Under the pieces are notes generated by a model that searched no databases, was not told where the DNA came from, and was given only the letters and a program-made list of their open reading frames with translations. Both the position numbers and the translations under genes were made by a program. This document shows positions 8,654-18,054 of a stretch of 28,386 nucleotides of DNA, in pieces. The stretch comes from Myxococcota bacterium. Lineage in GTDB: Bacteria > Myxococcota_A > UBA796 > CAJQPC01. Within the stretch, counting starts at the first letter, position 1, and each line of letters begins with the position of its first letter. The stretch is taken from positions 1 through 28,386 of the forward strand of contig DASCPX010000222.1 of assembly GCA_036012755.1 (NCBI GenBank), read 5' to 3'.

Positions 8654-9580
8654 ATGTCAGAGACCCGCTGGTTCGAGCAGCCTCCACGCGACCTCCAGGC
8701 GCGCGATCGCAAGCACTCGGGCAAGGACCTCTGGCTGCGCTGCGTGACCTGTGGCGAGATCCTCTACAAGCCCGCCCTCGCGGAGCGGCACCAGGTCTGC
8801 CTCCACTGCGGGCACCACTTCAGGCTGGATGCGCGCCCGCGCATCGATCTGCTCATCGACCCCGACACCTGGGCCGAGCACAGCACGGAGCTCGTCCCGG
8901 TGGACGCCCTGGAGTTCGTGGACAGCAAGCCCTACAAGGCGCGGCTGGCGGCGTCGCAGAAGAAGACTGGCCGCAATGACGCCTTCTTCGCTGGGAGCTG
9001 CCGGATCGGCGGCATCGCCATCGAGCTCTGTGCCTTCGACTTCGCCTTCATGGGTGGCTCGATGGGCTCTGTGGTCGGAGAGGCGATCACCCGTGTCTTC
9101 GAGCGGGCCGCGGACAAGCTCTGCCCGGCCATCGTCATCTCCGCCTCCGGTGGCGCTCGCATGCAGGAGGGCATCCTCTCGCTGATGCAGATGGCGAAGT
9201 CCTGCGCGGCGCTGGCGCGGCTCCGGGACGAGGCGAACCAGCCCTACATCTCGGTCCTGACCCACCCGACCACAGGCGGGGTCGCCGCGAGCTTCGCGAT
9301 GCTGGGAGACCTCATCCTGGCAGAGCCCGACTCGCTCATCGGCTTCGCCGGGCCGCGGGTCATCGAGCAGACCATCGGCGAGTCCCTCCCAGAGGGCTTT
9401 CAGACCAGCGAGTACCTGATGGAACACGGCATGGTCGACCAGCTCGTGTCGAGGGACGAGCTGCGCGGGAGGCTCATCGAGTGCCTGCTCTGGTTCGGCG
9501 CCGAGCAGGTCGAGCGCGACCCGGCCGAACGCGACCCGGCCGAACGCGACCCGGCCGAAATGGACGCAGCGGAAGAGTGA
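8654..9580 (+). CDS. accD: Acetyl-CoA carboxylase carboxyltransferase beta subunit
   Basis: C4 zinc finger (LWLRCVTC...CLHC), FMGGSMGSVVGE, SGGARMQEG, PTTGGVAASFA, GFAGPRVIEQT; start ATG 8654. Confidence 0.97.
   Translation: MSETRWFEQPPRDLQARDRKHSGKDLWLRCVTCGEILYKPALAERHQVCLHCGHHFRLDARPRIDLLIDPDTWAEHSTELVPVDALEFVDSKPYKARLAASQKKTGRNDAFFAGSCRIGGIAIELCAFDFAFMGGSMGSVVGEAITRVFERAADKLCPAIVISASGGARMQEGILSLMQMAKSCAALARLRDEANQPYISVLTHPTTGGVAASFAMLGDLILAEPDSLIGFAGPRVIEQTIGESLPEGFQTSEYLMEHGMVDQLVSRDELRGRLIECLLWFGAEQVERDPAERDPAERDPAEMDAAEE
9512..9559 (+). repeat. 15-bp tandem repeat x3 encoding ERDPA in the AccD C-terminal tail
   Basis: ga(g/a)cgcgacccggcc at 9512, 9527 and 9542. Confidence 0.92.
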
Positions 9581-10845
9581 CCGAACATCCCATCCTGGCG
9601 CGGGTCGCCGAGGCTGGGGTGAGGCTGGGGCTCGACCGGGTCGGTCAGCTCCTGGAGCACCTCGGCAGTCCCCATCGCGGCCTTCGGGTCGTTCATGTCG
9701 CTGGCAGCAACGGCAAGGGCTCGGTCTGCACGATGGTCGAGCGTTGCCTCGTGGAGGGCGGGCTCCGAGTCGGGGCGACCCTCTCGCCGCACCTTCAGCA
9801 GGTCAACGAGCGCATCCGGATCGACGGAGAGCCCATCTCCGACGCCGACCTGGGCGCGCTGCTGGAGCTGGTCGACCGGCGGGCACGGCAGTGGGCGGTG
9901 GAGACGGGCCTGCCCGGGCTGCAGCCCCTGACCTACTTCGAGCTGTTGACCGTCTGTGCGTTCCTGCACTTCCAGCGCCAGGCCGTCGAGGTCGCGGTGG
10001 TCGAGGTCGGCCTGGGAGGGCGGCTGGACGCGACGAACGTGGTGGAGCCCACGGTCACCGCGGTGACGAGCATCGCGCTCGAGCACACGGACCGGCTAGG
10101 AGACGACCTGGCTTCGATCGCCGGGGAGAAGGCCGGGATCGTGAAGCCTGGCGCCCCGGTCGTCGTTGGATCGATGCCGCGGGTCGCGACCTCGGTGATC
10201 CGGGCGGCGGCGATGGATCGGGGGACCCGGGCCGTGCTCGTGGACGAGGACTTCCGGGTCGAGGGGCGGCCTGGCGAGTTCAGCTACGAAGGGGGCGGAG
10301 TCCGGCGAGAGGGGCTCCGTATCGAGCTCTACGGGCAGCACCAGGTGCAGAACGCCGCGGTGGCAGTCGCCGTCCTGGACGTGCTGGGCGAGGTGGTCCC
10401 CGAGCTCGCGGTCGATGAGGACGCGCTGCGGCGCGGCCTGCGGGCGGCTCGGCATCCGGGCCGCCTGGAGTGGCTGCACCCGAAGCTGCTGGTCGACGGT
10501 GCGCACAACCACGAAGGGGCCCAGCGGCTGGCTGCGTACCTGGACGAGCTGCCCCGGGAGGCGTCGAGGACGCTGGTCATCGGCGGAAGCCAGGACAAGG
10601 ATCTCCGCGCCATCGGGGCGGTCCTGGCGCCCCACGTGGACCGGATCTACACCTCGCGATGCCGCCACTTCAGAGCGGCGGAACCTGGTGATATCGCAAC
10701 AGAACTGGTGGACCTGGGCGTGCCGGTGATGCCCGCTGGACCGATCGAAGAGGCCCTCCCGATGGCCCGGAACAATGGCGGGCTCGTGGTCGTGACCGGG
10801 TCGCTGTTCCTGGTCGGGGCGGTGCGGGACCTCGCCGGGGTCTGA
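9577..10845 (+). CDS. folC: Bifunctional folylpolyglutamate synthase/dihydrofolate synthase
   Basis: HVAGSNGKGS, SPHL...ERIRI, EVGLGGRLDATN, EKAGI, PGRLE, DGAHN, GSLFLVG; GTG 9577 overlaps the accD stop; conserved accD-folC order. Confidence 0.97.
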   Translation: MTEHPILARVAEAGVRLGLDRVGQLLEHLGSPHRGLRVVHVAGSNGKGSVCTMVERCLVEGGLRVGATLSPHLQQVNERIRIDGEPISDADLGALLELVDRRARQWAVETGLPGLQPLTYFELLTVCAFLHFQRQAVEVAVVEVGLGGRLDATNVVEPTVTAVTSIALEHTDRLGDDLASIAGEKAGIVKPGAPVVVGSMPRVATSVIRAAAMDRGTRAVLVDEDFRVEGRPGEFSYEGGGVRREGLRIELYGQHQVQNAAVAVAVLDVLGEVVPELAVDEDALRRGLRAARHPGRLEWLHPKLLVDGAHNHEGAQRLAAYLDELPREASRTLVIGGSQDKDLRAIGAVLAPHVDRIYTSRCRHFRAAEPGDIATELVDLGVPVMPAGPIEEALPMARNNGGLVVVTGSLFLVGAVRDLAGV

Positions 10846-10846
10846 G

Positions 10847-12925
10847 TCAGATCTGGAAGACCCAGCTGGCCTTGGCAAAGACCTGCCACGACAGCGCTTC
10901 GCTGCCGTCGTCCCCCAGGCTCCCACCCAGGTAGACCGCTCGCGCCGGTCCCGTCTGCCAGGCGCCGAGGGCTGACAGCGTCCTGGCCTTCTCGAAGCTG
11001 TCGTAGTCGAAGAGCACGCGAGCCCACAGGTTGCGCGTGGCGTAGACCTCGACGCGGGAGCGGGTCAACGCGGCGCTGTAGTAGAGGTCCCCGCCAGGCT
11101 CGGCGAGGCGCTCGAAGGTCAGCTCCTGGCCGAAGCGCACGCGCTCCAGCGGAAAGGTCGCTCGCACGGTCCCCGCCGTCAGCGCGCCGATCTCTCCGGT
11201 CTCGTAGTGAGGACCCTCGCCCGCCTCTACCCCGGCGCCGAAGGCCAGCCAGCGCGTCGGGGTGCCGTTGGTGAAGACGACGAACCGCCGGTACTGCAGG
11301 CTCTCTCCGTCGAAGACCTCCGTGCCCTGAAAGGCCACGATGCCCAGGTTCATGTTGTTCGAGAAGCGGAACTCCAGCTCCGAGTCGAAGAAGAGGTCGC
11401 GCAACTCCCCGGTGGAGGGACGCCAGAAGGTCGCCAGCACGAAGGGGGTGAAGGACACCCAGGGGACGCGCTCGGACTTGGGATAGATGTTGCGGGCCAC
11501 GCCCAGCTCGCCGCCCACCCAGTCGCTGTAGATGACGTAGCCGTTCTCCGCCATGAAGTCGGCGGGCTGCAGGCTCCCCCAGATCCAGGCCTCGTTGTCC
11601 TTGCCCTCGTACTCCAGCCGTCCTTGTCCGGCTGGAGAGGTCCGCATCTGTCCGCCCTTGTAGGTCGTCGCCGAGTAGAGCAGCGCGCCCGATGCGACCG
11701 TGCTGTCGCTGACGCGGGCGCGCCCGTCCACGCCTCCGACCCGGTTCCATGCGCCGCCGACGAGGGCCTTGTCCGAGTAGATGGCGCCGACGAAGCCGTC
11801 GCCGCCCATCGAGCGTCGCGCCCTCGCCACCGTGTCCAGGGCAGCGCGCGTGTCCCCGCTGGCGTCGAGGAGCTCGTCGTCGTCCCAGCCGTCGCCTTCG
11901 CTGACGGAGCCCTGGGGCGCCGAGTCCATGACGTGCAGGGCGGCGACCTGCCAGTCGCCGGTCTCCACCGTCGCCCGAGCGCCGTAGCGCGGCTGGGTCA
12001 TCGAGCGGGTGTAGACGAGGCTCTGATAGTCGACGTTGAACCACTCGCGGCCTTCCAGGAAGAAGGGACGCTTCTCGTCGAAGTACAGGGCGTGGCGCTG
12101 GTTGACGTCGACCTGCGCTCTGTCCGACTCCACCTGGCTGAAGTCGGGGTTCGCCGTGGCCAACAGGGTGAGGGCCGGGGAGGGGTCGTAGCGGACGGTC
12201 ATGCCCGGGGCGAGCCCCGAATACGACAGCCGCGAGCTGTCGGGTCCCTGGTCCGTCCAGCCGGCGGTGAGGCTGGGCACGAGCTGCAGCCCGCGGTGGC
12301 GGCCGATCTCCCCCGGGCCGCCGACGAGGTTCTCCTGCACGAGGATGCCGCTGATGTCGGGATCTCGGCGAGGCCAGCCGGAGCGCTCCCCGGTCCGACC
12401 CGTGCTGCGGAGGAGCGAGATGCCCAGCTGGCTCATGTCGGCCGGGTGCCGGACGGTGGTCCAGGGGATGAAGAACTCCACCTCGAAGCCGGTCTCGGTG
12501 ACTCGCCCGGCGGAGTCCCACTGACCGTCCCAGGAGAACTCGTCGTCTTCGCCCGCGAGGCGGGTGGCGTCTGCCTGGCAGCCCACCGGGTTCACGAAGA
12601 ACAGGTAGGCGCGCTGGGCCTGCCCCGCGGGATCCAGGTAGATGCCGACGACGTCGTCGCCCCAGACCTGGTCCCGCTTGCTGATGCGGGCGCGGACTTT
12701 CTCCGGAGCCGGGTCGATGACCTCGTAGAAGACGTAGAGGCCGCGCTCGTCGGTCAACATCCGGGCGCGCGCGTGCACTTCGGGCACGCCGTCGGGGGCT
12801 GGCCAGTAGACCACCCAGTCTTCGATGACGGGCGCGGAGTCCCACGCGGGTTCGGTCGCGCGGGCGTCGATGACGATCGCCGCGTCCTCGAGGTGTGGCA
12901 GCTGCAGATCGACTGGGGTGGGCAT
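10847..12925 (-). CDS. CBM9/DOMON-like domain + DUF5916-like outer-membrane beta-barrel protein
   Basis: N-terminal 'IDA...EPAW..AP', 'D.V.IYLDP', 'VEFFIPW'; then ANPDFSQVESD, EKRPFFLEG and YTR; C-terminal beta-signal VFAKASWVF. Start uncertain because no signal peptide is present. Confidence 0.85.
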   Translation of the reverse strand: MPTPVDLQLPHLEDAAIVIDARATEPAWDSAPVIEDWVVYWPAPDGVPEVHARARMLTDERGLYVFYEVIDPAPEKVRARISKRDQVWGDDVVGIYLDPAGQAQRAYLFFVNPVGCQADATRLAGEDDEFSWDGQWDSAGRVTETGFEVEFFIPWTTVRHPADMSQLGISLLRSTGRTGERSGWPRRDPDISGILVQENLVGGPGEIGRHRGLQLVPSLTAGWTDQGPDSSRLSYSGLAPGMTVRYDPSPALTLLATANPDFSQVESDRAQVDVNQRHALYFDEKRPFFLEGREWFNVDYQSLVYTRSMTQPRYGARATVETGDWQVAALHVMDSAPQGSVSEGDGWDDDELLDASGDTRAALDTVARARRSMGGDGFVGAIYSDKALVGGAWNRVGGVDGRARVSDSTVASGALLYSATTYKGGQMRTSPAGQGRLEYEGKDNEAWIWGSLQPADFMAENGYVIYSDWVGGELGVARNIYPKSERVPWVSFTPFVLATFWRPSTGELRDLFFDSELEFRFSNNMNLGIVAFQGTEVFDGESLQYRRFVVFTNGTPTRWLAFGAGVEAGEGPHYETGEIGALTAGTVRATFPLERVRFGQELTFERLAEPGGDLYYSAALTRSRVEVYATRNLWARVLFDYDSFEKARTLSALGAWQTGPARAVYLGGSLGDDGSEALSWQVFAKASWVFQI

Positions 12926-12987
12926 CGCGCGTGCAGCTAATCACAGGCTCGGGATAGAACACATGCCTTCGAGGGTTTTTGCTCACA

Positions 12988-13908
12988 ATGCTGCACCTGA
13001 CCTTGTCCGTCGCCCTGTCGGCCGACCACTACAGTCCCAACGACGTCGCCGCGGCGTCTGTCACCTTTGCCCGCTACTCCGAGGCTCTGGGACCGCGGAG
13101 CGACGAGCTCGAGGAGAAGATGGCCGTCTCCGCCAAGGCGGTGAAGGAGGTCGACCTCGCCGTGAACCTGCTGGGGGAGCGAGGCGCCCCCTTGTCGGAG
13201 TGGCGCGCGGAGGTGCGAAAGTCATACGCCCACCAGGCGCTGGAGGCGAAGTCCTTCTCCGACTGGATCCAGGACGCCTCCACCGCTGTCTTCACCCAGG
13301 CGATGGATCTCGCGATCGCCGAGCTCGGACTCGATGTCGTCGAGTGCGCCGCGCGCAGCGGAGGCATCGCCTCGATCACCGGCCCGATGGCGGGGGGCTC
13401 GAGCTGCGAAGGCGAGGACCACAGCGCCGCGATCGCCGCGGCGATGGACGCCAACACCCAGCTCAACGCCGTCGTCGACGAGCTCCTGGCAGAGGTGTGG
13501 CCGGCGCTCGCCCTGCCCACAGGCGAAGCCGCCGCCCTGGAGTGGACCGGTGACGACGGCAGCATCCGCATCGGCGCCGTCGCCCAGGTCCTCGTCGGCG
13601 AGCGTCTCGAGGCCCTGGAGGCGAAGCTGGACGCGGACCTCGGAGACCTCGACCGGGAGATCTCGGCCGGGGACGCAGAGGAGGCCCTCGCGGAGGCCAC
13701 GAAGCACCGGCTCGCCTACGAAGCGAGCCTGGCCGAGGAGGGGGAGCGCCTCTTGTCGGCGCTGGAGAAGGGGGCCATCAAGGGCGGCTTCGAGGTCGGC
13801 CTGTGCGCGAACCCACCGACCCTCGGCGGCTGCGCGGGCAAGGACCGCACGAAGGAGTTCCTTTCCTGGGCGCGTGATGACAAGAAGGTCATCAAGGCGC
13901 TTCAGTAG
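12988..13908 (+). CDS. Secreted helical protein, possibly tandem OmpH/Skp-like
   Basis: Signal-like MLHLTLSVALS from ATG 12988; long amphipathic helices; two similar halves; high GC3. Confidence 0.7.
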   Translation: MLHLTLSVALSADHYSPNDVAAASVTFARYSEALGPRSDELEEKMAVSAKAVKEVDLAVNLLGERGAPLSEWRAEVRKSYAHQALEAKSFSDWIQDASTAVFTQAMDLAIAELGLDVVECAARSGGIASITGPMAGGSSCEGEDHSAAIAAAMDANTQLNAVVDELLAEVWPALALPTGEAAALEWTGDDGSIRIGAVAQVLVGERLEALEAKLDADLGDLDREISAGDAEEALAEATKHRLAYEASLAEEGERLLSALEKGAIKGGFEVGLCANPPTLGGCAGKDRTKEFLSWARDDKKVIKALQ

Positions 13909-15544
13909 CGGGGAGCCGTCGGTCCTCGATGAGCGCCCAGACGATCATCACGACCGCGTAGATCGTCAGCATCCAGCCCATCCAGCCGATGTGGATGACG
14001 CGCCAGAAGGAGTGGGCACCCTGGAGCCAGTTGACCGTCGCTTCGATCAGGAAGAGCCAGATGAGGCCGAAGGCGTGGCGGCCCCGCCCCAGGTCGTCCG
14101 CGTGGGTGGGGATCAGCGTCGCACGCACGACGTAGTAGTAGTAGGACGCCGTGGCGAGCAGGAAGAAGGGGATGAAGCCCATGGCGAAGGACTCGTGGTC
14201 CGGGCGCCTGCGGAAGGCCCAGCCCAGCGCCAGGACGAGCACCAGCGCGATGCCGTTGCGGACCATCTTCTGGTCCTTCACCCGCTCGCGTCGGTCCTGG
14301 TTCATGCGGTTGTTGTGGTTGGGTCGGTCCCCGCCCGCCATGTAGGCGATGCCCTCGACGGCCTCGCCCGGCGTATAGGCCGCGGCCACCGCGAAGCCCT
14401 GCCGCATGGAGCTCAGGTTGTCCTCTGTCGTGTGGGCGAACATGTTGTGGAAGTGGGTCTCGATGGGCTTGGGGCCCCACTTCGCGACGACGCCCCCCCA
14501 GAGCACGAGGTGGACGACCACGAAGGCCGCGCCGAGCTTCAACAAGGGCCTGTTCACGCGCCGGTGGCGGATGAGCTCGTAGGCCCCTTTGAAGGCGGGC
14601 CCCCACATCCACACGGCCGGGAACACGCGCAGTGAGGTGGCGATGGCCGCGAAGGCCCCGCCCCAGAGGTGCTTGCTCTTCTTGAGCAGGCACACGGCGA
14701 TGACCAGCGCCGAGACATAGTCGTAGCGCCCGAAGGCCCAGGTCACGGTCGGCCATCGCGTCGAGTACGTGGTCAGCAGGAAGAGGAAGGTGAAGCCCGC
14801 GCCTGTGAAGCCGAAGGCCCACCAGACGAGCCCGACCGCCGCGATGAGCCAGACGGCGTCGATGTAGCCGAGGGCCTTGACGTTCTCTACCCGGACGGCG
14901 TTCGCCAGAGGGTGGGCGATGACCAGCCACGACGGGGCCCCGTTGAAGCCGTGGTCGTTGAGCATCTGGACCCAGGTCTCCTTCGTGAAGCCCTTGACGT
15001 CCCGTTGGAGGTGGATGAAGTCGTGCCGGAACTGCATCCAGCGGGCCGGATCGCCAAACAGCGCTCGAATCCTGGCGTGCTCCTCCGCGTCGGCGATGAA
15101 CTCGGCGGTGTCGACGAAGTAGTAGTCGTCGGCGTTCTGGAACTGGATCTGGGGTGGCAGGGGACGCTTCTCGACGAGGCCTTCCTCGATGTGAGCGAGC
15201 ATCACCGCCGGGTAGAGCTCGAAGTAGCCGAGCTCGTCGAAGTACTTGGCGTTGAGGTAGTAGTGGACGAGATCGTAGGCATCGACCCGCGACCTCCAGA
15301 CGTAGGTCGTCTCGTAGCGGCTGTAGTTGCAGAAGCTCGCGACGCAGAGGACCACGAGCGTGCCCTTGAGGCCGCGGAGGCTCCACCTGGAGACGCGGTC
15401 CTCGCGCGCCTTCAGGAGGCGGTGCCAGAGGTGGAATCCGAAGGCGAGCAGGGCGGCCCCGAGGGCAAGCCAGACCTTGACCTCCTCCGTGACGTCCCGG
15501 TGAACGGGGGCGTCGATTCCGAACAGCGAGAAGAACCACTCCAC
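13892..15544 (-). CDS. Polytopic membrane glycosyltransferase, GT-C fold (GT87/DUF2029-like)
   Basis: About 10 hydrophobic segments, a large first loop (YDLVHYYLNAKYFDELGY), and 'GGAFAAIATSLRVFP' resembling the GT87 G..LA..(K/R).FP motif. Confidence 0.7.
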   Translation of the reverse strand: MEWFFSLFGIDAPVHRDVTEEVKVWLALGAALLAFGFHLWHRLLKAREDRVSRWSLRGLKGTLVVLCVASFCNYSRYETTYVWRSRVDAYDLVHYYLNAKYFDELGYFELYPAVMLAHIEEGLVEKRPLPPQIQFQNADDYYFVDTAEFIADAEEHARIRALFGDPARWMQFRHDFIHLQRDVKGFTKETWVQMLNDHGFNGAPSWLVIAHPLANAVRVENVKALGYIDAVWLIAAVGLVWWAFGFTGAGFTFLFLLTTYSTRWPTVTWAFGRYDYVSALVIAVCLLKKSKHLWGGAFAAIATSLRVFPAVWMWGPAFKGAYELIRHRRVNRPLLKLGAAFVVVHLVLWGGVVAKWGPKPIETHFHNMFAHTTEDNLSSMRQGFAVAAAYTPGEAVEGIAYMAGGDRPNHNNRMNQDRRERVKDQKMVRNGIALVLVLALGWAFRRRPDHESFAMGFIPFFLLATASYYYYVVRATLIPTHADDLGRGRHAFGLIWLFLIEATVNWLQGAHSFWRVIHIGWMGWMLTIYAVVMIVWALIEDRRLPATEAP

Positions 15545-15585
15545 GGGCGGGCTGTTATCTCGCAGGACCCATCTCGGAGAGGTCC

Positions 15586-18054
15586 ATGCTCCTGCTCGCG
15601 CTGAGCCTGCTGTCCTGCGAGCCCCAGAGCGGGCTCGCCGTCATCGACCAGGGCATCCTCGTGACGGCGCCCACACGCGAGGCTCGGCTCGAGGCGGCCC
15701 TCGACGCCGTCGGCTCCTCTCCGCTCCACGACGAGATCATCGTCGGCTTCAAGCGCGGCGGTGTGAACGTGAAGGCGATGGTCGATGCCCCCGAGAAGCT
15801 GCGGGCGGTGCCGGACAACGTCGAGGTCGTCCCCATGCTCGACGGGCCGCTCCAGGCCCTGTGGTGGGGCACCGACGAGGCCGTCATCCACGCGAAGCTG
15901 CTGGAAGAGGGCGTGGGCCTGGTCATCATCCACCGCGACGTCATCCCCAGCGTCGATCGCGGGAAGTGGGTCATCTCGCGGCTCTACCACGACGACCACC
16001 GGGAGCGCTTCGCCCTGGCCTTCGTCGACGACGACTACCTCGTGTACCAGGTGATGCCCACTCCGGTGAGCTTCCCTCCGGACTTCGCCAAGGCCATGGC
16101 CATGCAGATCCGAGCCCGCGTCAAGGGCGAGGGCATCCAGCAGTTCGGGCCCGTCGAGACCGAGACCGGCAAGAAGTGGAACTTCATCGCCACGGTGCGC
16201 CAGCCCGGCGGCCGCGAGATCGCCACCGGGATGTGCGTCCGCTCCCGCCTCGACGACTGCGTCGACGAGCTCGCCCGGGACCTGGAGCGCGAGCACCGGC
16301 GCTACGTGGAGTGGAACGGACTCCCGGCGCTGGTGGATTCGATCGACGAGCACATCGTCGAGGTCCATCGCGTCGTCGAGCGCGCCCACGTCCTCGACAC
16401 CGCCAACGACGCCGTCAGGGTCGAGGACGTCTGGGAGATGGGGATCGACGGCGCCATCATCATCGACAACACGCTGAAGCCGGCGAAGGCCGCCGTCTAC
16501 CCGGGCGCCGTCAGCTACACCCGCGGGTATCGGGGAGCGGACCAGTTCCTGCGGCACGCCGCCACGGACTTCAGGCTGGCCTCGAAGCGGCCCTGGCGCG
16601 ACCCGGCGAACACCCTCGAGAAGATCCGCACCATCCACTACCAGGAGCTGCCGCAGGGTCCCCTCGTGCCCTTGTTCCGCGGCGTCCCCCCGGTCCCGAT
16701 GGAGCTGGTCGACCTCCCGGCCCTGGAGCGCAGCGTCGTGCGCGGCGGCGACTGGTACCTGGCGAACCAGGCCCCCTTCGACGCGCCATTGCAGTACCGC
16801 GACGGGCAGGTCGTCTACAAGATGTGGCCCTCTGAGAACCGCTACTCGGACGAGTACAACCTCGTCCGCCACACGCTGGCGACCTGGAACCTGGTGCAGG
16901 CCTATCACTTCTCAGGCGACGAGGAGTACCTCGACGGCGCCCGCTCGGCCCTGGACTTCACCCTCTCCTTCCGGAAGGACGAGGTGTTGCCCAACGGCGC
17001 GGTGATGACCTTCATCGAGTTCCCGGGCGACGCGGACCCGAGCGTGCCTCCGGTGCCCGTGGCGGAGCTGCCCGACGAGCGCAACCGCAAGCTCGGGAGC
17101 GTCGTCGTCGGGCTCATGGGCATCATCGACCTCGCGCGGGCGACGGACGACCACCAGTGGGACCAGCTGATGGTGCAGATGGGCGAGTTCGTGCTGCACC
17201 AGCAGACCGCCGACGGCAAGTTCGAGCCCTACTACGTGCCGCCTACGCACGCCTATGCGGACGAGCGCAACGACATCGTGCCCGGCGAGGCGGCGCTGGC
17301 TCTGGTGATGCTCTACGAGTACACGGGGGACGAGCGCTGGATCGAGCCGCTCCCTCGCTACTTCGAGTTCTACGAGCCCTGGTGGAACAGCCGGGAGAGC
17401 CAGAAGCAGACCAGCTCGGCGTGGCCTGCCTACCAGTACCCGGACCAGACTCGACTGGACCTCGTCCAGTTCGGTCCCTGGTCGGTCATGGCTGCCAACG
17501 CCTACCACCGGGCCACCGGCAACTCGGAGTACGCCGACTTCGGCCTGCAGGTCGCCCGCTGGATGATCGAGTCCTACGAGTGGCGCGAGGACAACGCCCC
17601 CTGGCCCGACTACGTCGGCGGCTACTACAAGCTGCCCTACGAGCTGCCGGCGATGCAGGCCTTCTGCTACGCCGAGGGCACGGCGGCGGCCTACCAGCTG
17701 GCGCTGCGCCACGATCCGGAGGAGGCGCCCTATTTCGAGAAGGCGACCCGCGAGAGCGCACGCTTCGCCCTGCAGATGCAGTACGACGACCTCAACACCT
17801 ACGCCTTCTCACGGGCGGACGAGGTCTGGGGTGGTACTCGCTACGCGATGAACGAGACCAAGGTCCGCATCGACTACGTCCACCACAGTCTCTCGTCGGT
17901 CTACCAGTACGTGCTCGGGGCGCGCGAGGACCCGGCGCTCCCGCCGACGGTGCGCTTCAGCCCGATCCGCGAGCAGGTCGACAAGCAGCTGGCGGCGGCG
18001 TTCGCGCCTCAGGAAGAGGACGTGGGCGAGGACGACGGCGAGACGATGGACTGA
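15586..18054 (+). CDS. Lipoprotein with AMMECR1-like domain and C-terminal alpha/alpha-barrel-like domain
   Basis: MLLLALSLLS-C lipobox; SD GGAGAGG; 'GIDGAIII...AVYPGAV......DQFL' AMMECR1-like spacing; YNLVRH, KLG, PGEAALAL and RIDYVHH motifs with repeated helical hairpins. Confidence 0.7.
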   Translation: MLLLALSLLSCEPQSGLAVIDQGILVTAPTREARLEAALDAVGSSPLHDEIIVGFKRGGVNVKAMVDAPEKLRAVPDNVEVVPMLDGPLQALWWGTDEAVIHAKLLEEGVGLVIIHRDVIPSVDRGKWVISRLYHDDHRERFALAFVDDDYLVYQVMPTPVSFPPDFAKAMAMQIRARVKGEGIQQFGPVETETGKKWNFIATVRQPGGREIATGMCVRSRLDDCVDELARDLEREHRRYVEWNGLPALVDSIDEHIVEVHRVVERAHVLDTANDAVRVEDVWEMGIDGAIIIDNTLKPAKAAVYPGAVSYTRGYRGADQFLRHAATDFRLASKRPWRDPANTLEKIRTIHYQELPQGPLVPLFRGVPPVPMELVDLPALERSVVRGGDWYLANQAPFDAPLQYRDGQVVYKMWPSENRYSDEYNLVRHTLATWNLVQAYHFSGDEEYLDGARSALDFTLSFRKDEVLPNGAVMTFIEFPGDADPSVPPVPVAELPDERNRKLGSVVVGLMGIIDLARATDDHQWDQLMVQMGEFVLHQQTADGKFEPYYVPPTHAYADERNDIVPGEAALALVMLYEYTGDERWIEPLPRYFEFYEPWWNSRESQKQTSSAWPAYQYPDQTRLDLVQFGPWSVMAANAYHRATGNSEYADFGLQVARWMIESYEWREDNAPWPDYVGGYYKLPYELPAMQAFCYAEGTAAAYQLALRHDPEEAPYFEKATRESARFALQMQYDDLNTYAFSRADEVWGGTRYAMNETKVRIDYVHHSLSSVYQYVLGAREDPALPPTVRFSPIREQVDKQLAAAFAPQEEDVGEDDGETMD

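Noticed and set aside
10647..12986. 779-aa (-) and 577-aa (+) ORFs over the DUF5916 gene
   Set aside because: Shadow frames typical of high-GC DNA.
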